A stretch of DNA of 64,000 nucleotides, taken from positions 203-64,202 of the forward strand of contig JBDRVQ010000003.1 of assembly GCA_039801905.1 (NCBI GenBank), written 5' to 3'. Below, piece after piece: positions 57,848-64,000 of the stretch. The stretch comes from a candidate division WOR-3 bacterium (GTDB lineage: Bacteria > Hydrothermota > Tepidihabitantia > Tepidihabitantales > JBDRVQ01). The translations under genes and the position numbers were made by a program. The notes under the pieces were generated by a model that made no database searches, was not told the origin of the DNA, and worked only from the letters and a program-made list of their open reading frames with translations. The stretch's first letter is position 1. Each line of letters starts with the position of its first letter.

Positions 57848-58598
57848 GGATTGTCTTTTGGAGGAGAAGAATCAAAGAGAGACCGAAGAGGAAGAACAAA
57901 AAAGAGACAAATGATTTCTTCCGGTTCTCTTCTTTGTGCAGTTCCGGGATGATATCGGAGGTAGCGATGTAGGTAAAATTACCGGCCGCGGTCGCCAAAA
58001 GGTAAGGAAGTAAGGAGTTGAGTTGGGAGAAGAGAAAGAACCCGAGGAAGGCGCCAAGGAGGGCGGTGCAGGCGGAGAGGAAATTGTAGGTTAAAGCCTT
58101 CCTTTTTGAGAATCCTCCGTAAAGGAGAAGGGAAAAGTCGCCAATCTCTTGGGGTAATTCGTGGGCAATGGTAGCGAGAGTAACAATGATGCCGGAGACG
58201 AGGCCGGAGAGGTAACCACCAGCGATAATTATGCCGTCAATAAAGTTATGCAAACCGTCACCATAAAGATTGAGATAGGTTAAAGGATGGGTGGGGCATT
58301 CTCTTTTGTGGCAATGGTGCCAGAGGAGAAAACGTTCCAGGAGATAGAAGGCTAAAAAACCTAAGATGAAGAAGAAGAAAGCGGTAAAAGGACTTATCTC
58401 TTCTATCGCCTCCGGTAAGAGATGGAGGAAGGAGACGGAGAAGAGAATACCTCCGGCAAAGGCGATAAGGTGGGAGAGGAGGGAGGTTAAAGTCCTTTCC
58501 TTTAGGAGGATAAAAAAGATGCCCACCAAGGATAGTAGACTGACAACCAAGGTGCTCAGAAGGATTAAAAAGATGGTAGGTATTACAGTTCTGACCAC
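57834..58598 (-). CDS. ZIP-family metal (zinc) transporter
   Basis: HNFIDGI and HELPQEIGDF motifs. Confidence 0.85.
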   Translation of the reverse strand: MVRTVIPTIFLILLSTLVVSLLSLVGIFFILLKERTLTSLLSHLIAFAGGILFSVSFLHLLPEAIEEISPFTAFFFFILGFLAFYLLERFLLWHHCHKRECPTHPLTYLNLYGDGLHNFIDGIIIAGGYLSGLVSGIIVTLATIAHELPQEIGDFSLLLYGGFSKRKALTYNFLSACTALLGAFLGFFLFSQLNSLLPYLLATAAGNFTYIATSDIIPELHKEENRKKSFVSFLFFLFGLSLILLLQKTILGTH

Positions 58599-59071
58599 TT
58601 TCTTGCCAACTCGTCCCGGCGCGGTTTATAGACCGTTTCGTAGAAATAGCGTTGGGAGAGTAATACCCCTTTATCGTATCCCCGACAGATCGCTACCGCC
58701 TCCGCCCAAGCCTTTGAAAAATTCCTCCCGAACCGACTTTCCACCTGGCGGGCAAAGTCTTCGGGGGTTTGGACGGCGTCACCGATCGTGAAAAGTTTTT
58801 CCCCTTTCACCTCTACCGCGTAAGCCATCTCGTCTCCCAGAGTATAGACACCGTAAGACTTTTTCACTGCCTCCAAGTTTACTTCTTTAGGCAATTTCAA
58901 CTTTGGTGTTTTCGGGAGGCCGGGTTTTGGTTTAATAAATCCCCTTTTTGCCGCGGCGTAGAAGATTGCTCGGTTCAGTCCCCAAGATTTCGCTTCTGCC
59001 AGTTTCATTCCCAGGCAATAAGCCCGGGCCGCTTGCAGGACAGCCATCACCTGGAAGCGTCCTACCGCCAT
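58583..59071 (-). CDS. Hypothetical 162-aa protein, coupled to the ligase-like gene
   Basis: Overlaps the upstream ligase-like gene by 10 nt and the downstream ZIP gene by 16 nt. I recognise no family. Confidence 0.5.
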   Translation of the reverse strand: MAVGRFQVMAVLQAARAYCLGMKLAEAKSWGLNRAIFYAAAKRGFIKPKPGLPKTPKLKLPKEVNLEAVKKSYGVYTLGDEMAYAVEVKGEKLFTIGDAVQTPEDFARQVESRFGRNFSKAWAEAVAICRGYDKGVLLSQRYFYETVYKPRRDELARKWSEL

Positions 59072-59670
59072 TTTAACTTCCGCCAGTTCTCAGTGGCGAT
59101 TGGCCCATCCTTACCTAAGAAGTAAGGAGAGTTAGCGTTTTTTAAGAGGACCCCTTCCCAAGCAAAGGGAGAAGGGAGGATTTCTACTATCTTTTCCGGT
59201 ACCGAAAGAGTTTCTTTTGGCAAAGGGATAGATTCTAAAAGGTAGAAAGGAGGCGAGAGGTTTAACTTCTTGAGGACCTCCTTCCGTTTGGTAAGTTTTT
59301 CTTGACCGAGAAATTCCCCTTCATAAAATATGATATCAAAGACAAAGATTACTGGTTCTGCCTTCTTCTTTTGGGCAAAGAGGGAAGGGATGAATCTTCT
59401 CCCTCCCGTAGAATAGAGTTCGCAATCCAAGATTATCCCTTTGGGGAGATTAAAAGAAGCGGGGATTAAAAAATCTAACCTTTTTGTCCAGTTCGGATTC
59501 TTCTCCAACCGCCGACCGTAAGCGGCAAATTCACCATCCTGGTATTTAATCACTTGCAGCCGCCAGCCATCAACCTTTGGTTCTAAAAGCCATTCCCCTT
59601 CTAATTTCTCACCGAAATAAGGGATCGGTTGCATCAACCAGACCGGTCCTTTTAAGATTTCCTTAATCAA
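59062..59670 (-). CDS. Minimal ATP-dependent ligase-like nucleotidyltransferase (202 aa, no OB domain)
   Basis: Motif I EPKVDGWR, motif III ILDCELY, motif IV-like EGVLLK and motif V-like WRKLK. TTG start. Confidence 0.65.
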   Translation of the reverse strand: MIKEILKGPVWLMQPIPYFGEKLEGEWLLEPKVDGWRLQVIKYQDGEFAAYGRRLEKNPNWTKRLDFLIPASFNLPKGIILDCELYSTGGRRFIPSLFAQKKKAEPVIFVFDIIFYEGEFLGQEKLTKRKEVLKKLNLSPPFYLLESIPLPKETLSVPEKIVEILPSPFAWEGVLLKNANSPYFLGKDGPIATENWRKLKWR

Positions 59671-59836
59671 TTTTAACTTTCCTTCGCTTCTTTTTTAACC
59701 CTTTAATCAAAATCCAGAAGCCAAAGATGATAAGGAGAAGGGGCCAATTTTTGGCTAAGGCGAAATGAGGAAAACCGATCCTTTCCAGCCAGATGAAAAG
59801 ACCAATTAAAATTAAAAATATCCCCAAGATCATCAT
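59663..59836 (-). CDS. Small two-TM membrane protein (57 aa, LiaF/DUF5668-like)
   Basis: My own translation: MMILGIFLILIGLFIWLERIGFPHFALAKNWPLLLIIFGFWILIKGLKKKRRKVKID. Its ATG abuts the upstream stop. It falls below the ORF-track cutoff. Confidence 0.5.
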   Translation of the reverse strand: MMILGIFLILIGLFIWLERIGFPHFALAKNWPLLLIIFGFWILIKGLKKKRRKVKID

Positions 59837-60436
59837 CTACTCTTCAATCACTGTCACCTTCTCCATCACCACCGGCTTTATCGGTTTATCCCGAGGGTCT
59901 CTCTCTACTTGGGCGATTTTATCCACACTCTCCATTCCCTCCACTACCTGCCCGATAATGGTATAGGCATTATCTAAAGAGGGTAAATCCCTCAGGCAGA
60001 TATAAAACTGACTCCCGCTTGACTTCCTTTCCGGATTCACCATATCCCCCCGGCGCGCCATTGCCACTGTTCCCCTTTTGTGTTTTAGATTGCTGATTTC
60101 TGCCTCCACTTCGTAACCGGGACCACCGGTCCCATCCCCTTTTGGGTCGCCACCCTGAATCACAAAATCGGGAACGACGCGGTGGAAAGTCAAGCCATTA
60201 TAGAAACCTTCCTTCGCCAATTTGATAATATTGGCACAGTTTTTGGGGGCGATGTGAGGGAAGAGTTCAATCTTTATCTCTCCGAAATCCTTTACCGCAA
60301 TCAAGAGGTATGTTTTCCTCTCCACTTTTTTCGTCGCCTCAGTCTCCGTCTTCTCTTCTCTTTTAGTTTCTAATCTTTCCGTCTTTTTTGGACCGCAAAA
60401 GAGAAAAAGACAAAGAAAGAGAATTAATATCTTCAT
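59837..60436 (-). CDS. Cyclophilin-type peptidyl-prolyl isomerase, lipoprotein
   Basis: FHRVVPDFVIQGGDP and SQFYIC motifs. Start at MKILILFLCLFLFCG (lipobox); the ORF opens at 60511. Confidence 0.88.
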   Translation of the reverse strand: MKILILFLCLFLFCGPKKTERLETKREEKTETEATKKVERKTYLLIAVKDFGEIKIELFPHIAPKNCANIIKLAKEGFYNGLTFHRVVPDFVIQGGDPKGDGTGGPGYEVEAEISNLKHKRGTVAMARRGDMVNPERKSSGSQFYICLRDLPSLDNAYTIIGQVVEGMESVDKIAQVERDPRDKPIKPVVMEKVTVIEE

Positions 60437-60913
60437 TTTTCCTCCACCTTTTATTTTAACCAATTCTTTTTTTCTGTCAAGAAAAAGGATGAAAGGAAAT
60501 TTATACCTCATCCTTACTTAAAAATCATCTGGGAATAATGGCATGTCTCAATAATTAAAAAGCAAATTCCGGTGGAGAGTTATTTTGATAAACCCAAAGA
60601 GAACCTAATAGGCTCTTGGGAAAAGTGGGCATTGGAAAATGGTTCGGTCTTATGTTGGTTATCGGCGGTATGATACCGAAGAGGAGTATGAAATTTGAGA
60701 CCCTCTTTTAAGGATTATTTCCCTCTATGTACGGTAAGATTCTATTTTGAGGAAAGAGGTTCAAATGCTTTTAGTGTGAGTAATTTAAGAATAAAAATTT
60801 GCCCAGACTAATCTCTCCTTAACCAAAAAGTTGAATGTCATTAAACTTTTTTAACGGCGGTCTTTTCTTATAAGTCCTTGATTTATAATAACTTATTTGA
60901 TTTGGGCTTGAAA

Positions 60914-61174
60914 ATGGGGGGCAGTATAGGGGATGGTATCGGAGGTTTAATAAAAGGTCTAACTTTTAGCCTAATTGAAGGTTTAATTTTAAGTCTAATC
61001 TTCGCTCTAATTAATGGTTTAATGGTAAGCCTAATCTCGGGTCTAATTAAGTGTTAAATGGAAAGCCTAATTAAAAGTCTAAAGGAAATTCTAATTTAGG
61101 GTATAGTTAGGGGTTTAATCTCTGGTCTAATTGAGGGAATAATAAAGGGTCTAAAAGAAGGAGTAATTGTCTAG
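60914..61174 (+). repeat. Array D: ATG-GGGGGC...GGTATCGGA head plus 19 tandem 12-nt units
   Basis: Units phased from 60944 to 61171: 17 of 19 carry TAA at unit positions 5-7, one carries TAG and one is shifted by 1 nt. The G-L-I-x frame hits TAA at 61055-61057 and TAG at 61097-61099, yet the periodicity continues to 61171. Confidence 0.85.
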
Positions 61175-61366
61175 GTGATGGAAAGGTATCTCGGTCATAA
61201 TTTCCCGTGAAAATGAAGGCAAGGAAAAAGGCAAAACTCTCATTCGTGTTTTCATAAGCCCAGGTTGAGAGGCATCAAACTCTGAACCATTGGCACGAAC
61301 TAACCCTTCCTTATAGCCAAGTGAATATTAGATTTGACAAATTATTTTTCCTTTTTAAGATTACCT

Positions 61367-62212
61367 ATGCGTTTCGGTTTTCATATTTCAATTGGAGGTG
61401 GTCTTTCCAAGGTTTTGGAAAGAGCCCAAAAAAGATCCTGTCAGACAATCCAAATCTTTTCCCGAAATCCGAGGGGCTGGCGGTATACAAAATTGGACTT
61501 AAAGGAAGTAGAAATCTTTAAGAAAGATATGGTGGAGAATGATATCTATCCCATCTTTGTCCATATGCCTTACTTGCCCAATTTAGCCACTAAGGCGAAG
61601 ACCTTATTCCAAAAGTCGGTCGTTTCCCTGATTGCGGAATTAGAAAGGTGTGAAATAATGGGCATTCCCTTCTTAATTATGCATGTCGGGAAAAGAATGG
61701 GAGCAACCGAAGAGGAAGGACTCCGCCGGGTGGCGGAGGGGATTAATGAAGCATTGGCGAAAGTAAAAAATAAAGTTATTCTACTTTTAGAAAATACTGC
61801 GGGGATGGGAAGTGAAATTGGTTATAAATTTGAGCAAATCCAAAAGATAATAGAGTTAGTAGAAGAGAAAAATCGGGTTGGGGTGGTTTTGGATACCGCC
61901 CACGCCTTTGAAGCAGGATACGAATTGAGAACAAAAGAAGGGTTAGATAATACCCTAAGGGAGTTTGATCAAATTATTGGTTTGAAAAGACTCTATTGCT
62001 TACACCTTAACGACTCAAAAACCGATTACGCCTCCAGGGTTGATCGGCACTGGCATATCGGTAAGGGGAAGATTGGTTTAGAAGGTTTCCGGTTGATTGT
62101 CAATCATCCCTTATTAAAGCACCTACCGGGAATTATGGAGACCCCAAGGGATGATACCAAATTGGATTTAATGAATATGAAGGTGATAAAGGGATTGGTA
62201 GAATCTCGTTAA
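61367..62212 (+). CDS. nfo: Endonuclease IV
   Basis: MRFGFHISI, HMPYLPNLA, HLNDS and a xylose-isomerase-like TIM barrel. The ORF opens at 61334. Confidence 0.9.
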   Translation: MRFGFHISIGGGLSKVLERAQKRSCQTIQIFSRNPRGWRYTKLDLKEVEIFKKDMVENDIYPIFVHMPYLPNLATKAKTLFQKSVVSLIAELERCEIMGIPFLIMHVGKRMGATEEEGLRRVAEGINEALAKVKNKVILLLENTAGMGSEIGYKFEQIQKIIELVEEKNRVGVVLDTAHAFEAGYELRTKEGLDNTLREFDQIIGLKRLYCLHLNDSKTDYASRVDRHWHIGKGKIGLEGFRLIVNHPLLKHLPGIMETPRDDTKLDLMNMKVIKGLVESR

Positions 62213-62742
62213 TAATACCAGATAAGGCAAACGGTGAGAGCGGTATTTCCCAAGGTGAAGGTAGTGGCTTTGTGGGGTTCGGTCTGGAAGTAGATACCAC
62301 TTATGGTTGTCAAATCAATTGAGAAGTGTTCACTCAGCCAATGTTCTAAACCAATCCCTAAAGGTAAACCAAATCCCGAAAAGAGGGTTGCGCCTCCTTC
62401 AGAAGAAGTGGCAAACTCGAAACCAATTTTGGGTGAGATATTTGTCTTTTCGTGTTCTAAAAAGGCATAATCAAAGAGTCCTCTTAAAATAAAAGCAGAG
62501 GCTTTCTCGTCGTTGGCGACAGAAAGGATTTGGAAGTTTGGTTCAATCACAATTCGGGATGATAGGCCAATCCTTGTCGTCACTACATTTGGTGATAATA
62601 AACCAAGCCCAAGACCATATTCATCTTGGGGCGCAGGTATTAACCAACCGGCACCGAAACCGATCTTGCCTTTTAAGTCAACCGCCCAGGCAGTAGATAA
62701 AAAGAAAAAAGTTAGAATTCCAATTAAAAGATTTCTTAACAT
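62209..62742 (-). CDS. Small outer-membrane beta-barrel protein
   Basis: Signal peptide MLRNLLIGILTFFFLSTAWA, alternating beta-strand pattern, C-terminal ...LIWYY. GGAGGTAAT precedes the ATG. Confidence 0.7.
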   Translation of the reverse strand: MLRNLLIGILTFFFLSTAWAVDLKGKIGFGAGWLIPAPQDEYGLGLGLLSPNVVTTRIGLSSRIVIEPNFQILSVANDEKASAFILRGLFDYAFLEHEKTNISPKIGFEFATSSEGGATLFSGFGLPLGIGLEHWLSEHFSIDLTTISGIYFQTEPHKATTFTLGNTALTVCLIWYY

Positions 62743-62761
62743 ATTACCTCCATTTAATAAA

Positions 62762-62785
62762 ACGGGGCGGAAATTTCCGCCCCGT
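62762..62785 (-). terminator. Rho-independent terminator after the 62807-63334 OMP gene
   Basis: Perfect palindrome ACGGGGCGGAAATTTCCGCCCCGT, followed on the minus strand by TTTTATT. Confidence 0.75.
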
Positions 62786-62806
62786 CCCTTTTTATTCGTT
62801 TGCTTT

Positions 62807-63334
62807 TTAGAATAAGAAGATACCAAGTCCGCCTTCCAGGAAGATATTACCTACAGTCTGTCCTTCCATCATATCCATCTGATAGCCGGCTTGAAGTGAA
62901 AAAACACCGTTTGTCCCCAAGGAGAGGCCAACCCCAGGTCCACCCTTAATCTGGAAGTAGGAACCGTCACCAGGCGAGATATATTTGAAGCCAGCGGCAA
63001 TAAAAGGTGTGAATTTGCTTTCCGGTTTGCTCAAGAAGTATCCGAGTTTGAGACCGGCGCCGAATGCGGTGTTACTTTCGCCACCCTCACTGTGATAGGT
63101 AAAGGATAAATCTGGACCCGCTCCCAGTTTATCCATAAAGAAATATAAAAGAGATGGGGAGAGAGTGAACTCGGTGGCGCCGTCACTCGGACTCACCTGG
63201 GTATAGAAGGAGAGAGAACCGGAAAGGAGCATGCTCCCTTTACCCGTGGGATATTTCTCCTCTTGGGCAAAGGCGAAAGAGAAAGCGATTAAAGCGATTA
63301 AAATAAAGATACTAAATAGACGGCTCTTTAACAT
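62807..63334 (-). CDS. Small outer-membrane beta-barrel protein (paralog-like of the 62209-62742 gene)
   Basis: Signal peptide ending AFAQ, beta-strand alternation, C-terminal ...LGIFLF. Confidence 0.7.
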   Translation of the reverse strand: MLKSRLFSIFILIALIAFSFAFAQEEKYPTGKGSMLLSGSLSFYTQVSPSDGATEFTLSPSLLYFFMDKLGAGPDLSFTYHSEGGESNTAFGAGLKLGYFLSKPESKFTPFIAAGFKYISPGDGSYFQIKGGPGVGLSLGTNGVFSLQAGYQMDMMEGQTVGNIFLEGGLGIFLF

Positions 63335-63414
63335 ATTACCTCCTGTATTTTATTAGGTTTTTGAAAAGACCTCCTTTTTGTAAAGGATAAACTATTTTTA
63401 TTCTTCATAATTTT

Positions 63415-63442
63415 ATTTTACTAATAATTTTTCCTTTGTCAA
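63415..63442 (-). promoter_or_regulatory. Sigma70-type promoter for the OMP gene
   Basis: Minus strand reads TTGACA (63442-63437), 16-nt spacer, TAAAAT (63420-63415). Confidence 0.55.
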
Positions 63443-63448
63443 TACCAT

Positions 63449-63973
63449 TTATTCGCCCAACCTCTTTAACATATTCTTCGCCACGGTATCATAAGGGTTG
63501 CGTCGCAGCCAATTAGATAAGACTTCTTTCGCCTTTGGGGTATCGGCCAGGGTCTGGAGATAAAGGGTGTATAATGCCTGGACCGGTTCTGGTCGGTTGG
63601 GAGCCAATTTTAAGGCTTCTTGAAAACTCTTCTCTGCTTTCTCAATCTGCCCTAAGGATTGCATAGCAATCCCCTTGCGCAAAAGGATTTCAAAATCTTT
63701 TACCCCCAATTTCTCAATGGAATCTAAATAGGCAATCGCCAAATCTGGTTTCTGTGCCAGAAGGGCAAAATAACTGAGGTTATAATATAAAAGCGATTTC
63801 CTCTGTTTATCCAGGTCAAACTGGACCGCCTTTTCCATCACTTCTATCGCCTTAGCCATCTCCCCCCGCTTCTGATATTCTTGGGCTAAGGCTAAATAAT
63901 TCGCCGCGTAGTTGATCAAAAGCCCCCGGGTATTCTCATCTTTCATCACCCTTTTATCAAGCATACTCTTCAT
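63449..63973 (-). CDS. TPR-repeat protein; the frame stays open to the window edge and may be longer
   Basis: TPR helices (AIAYLDSIEKL..., AEKSFQEALKLAPN...). There is no stop between 63973 and 64000 in this frame. Confidence 0.6.
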   Translation of the reverse strand: MKSMLDKRVMKDENTRGLLINYAANYLALAQEYQKRGEMAKAIEVMEKAVQFDLDKQRKSLLYYNLSYFALLAQKPDLAIAYLDSIEKLGVKDFEILLRKGIAMQSLGQIEKAEKSFQEALKLAPNRPEPVQALYTLYLQTLADTPKAKEVLSNWLRRNPYDTVAKNMLKRLGE

Positions 63974-64000
63974 CTTATAGACTGAATAGAGAAGGCTCTC

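Overview
This 64-kb window comes from an AT-leaning, uncultivated-type Gram-negative bacterium. Envelope markers include an Omp85/BamA-like protein, a TonB-dependent receptor, small OMP beta-barrels and two proteins with T9SS-type C-terminal sorting tails. The T9SS tails suggest an FCB-superphylum-like candidate lineage, but that is inference only. Most of the window is densely packed housekeeping DNA: tRNA-Ala(GGC), uppP, pyrB-pyrC and a convergent pyrK-pyrD-pyrF-pyrE cluster, rpsM-rpsK-rpsD-rpoA-rplQ-panD, rsfS-argS, rbfA-truB-ribF, rplS-rnhB-yraN-comM-like, rimP-nusA-infB, and nfo. Supported regulatory features are a cobalamin riboswitch with a near-consensus promoter upstream of a BtuB-like receptor, several sigma70-type promoters, one clean hairpin terminator, and a tight cluster of six DnaA-box-like 9-mers. 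The most unusual signal is not a gene. It is a dispersed family of spacer-less 12-nt-periodic tandem arrays (consensus unit GGTYTAATnnrr, 16-19 units each). Four clear copies lie at about 16.6, 17.3, 30.2 and 61.0 kb, and two diverged relatives lie at 0.1 and 49.3 kb. Three of the four clear copies share a roughly 55-nt head, GGAGGG-N8-TTATAAAAAG...GGTATCGG; the fourth shares only the start-codon-to-GGTATCGG part. TAA occupies the same unit position in 65 of 71 units. The only frame that could code (G-L-I-x tetrads) is broken by stop codons in two copies, so I read the family as an undescribed RNA- or DNA-level element, or at best a decaying tetrad-repeat peptide family. Other points worth a second look are a mazG-like gene fused in an operon with four unknown polytopic membrane proteins and wedged between the two pyr clusters; an ammonia-lyase / radical-SAM-SPASM / DUF3795 / EamA cluster; a 202-aa nucleotidyltransferase-only ligase-like gene with an unknown partner; a DUF362-ferredoxin gene split by a 1-nt frameshift; and an envelope operon encoding a 1041-aa predicted outer-membrane protein.
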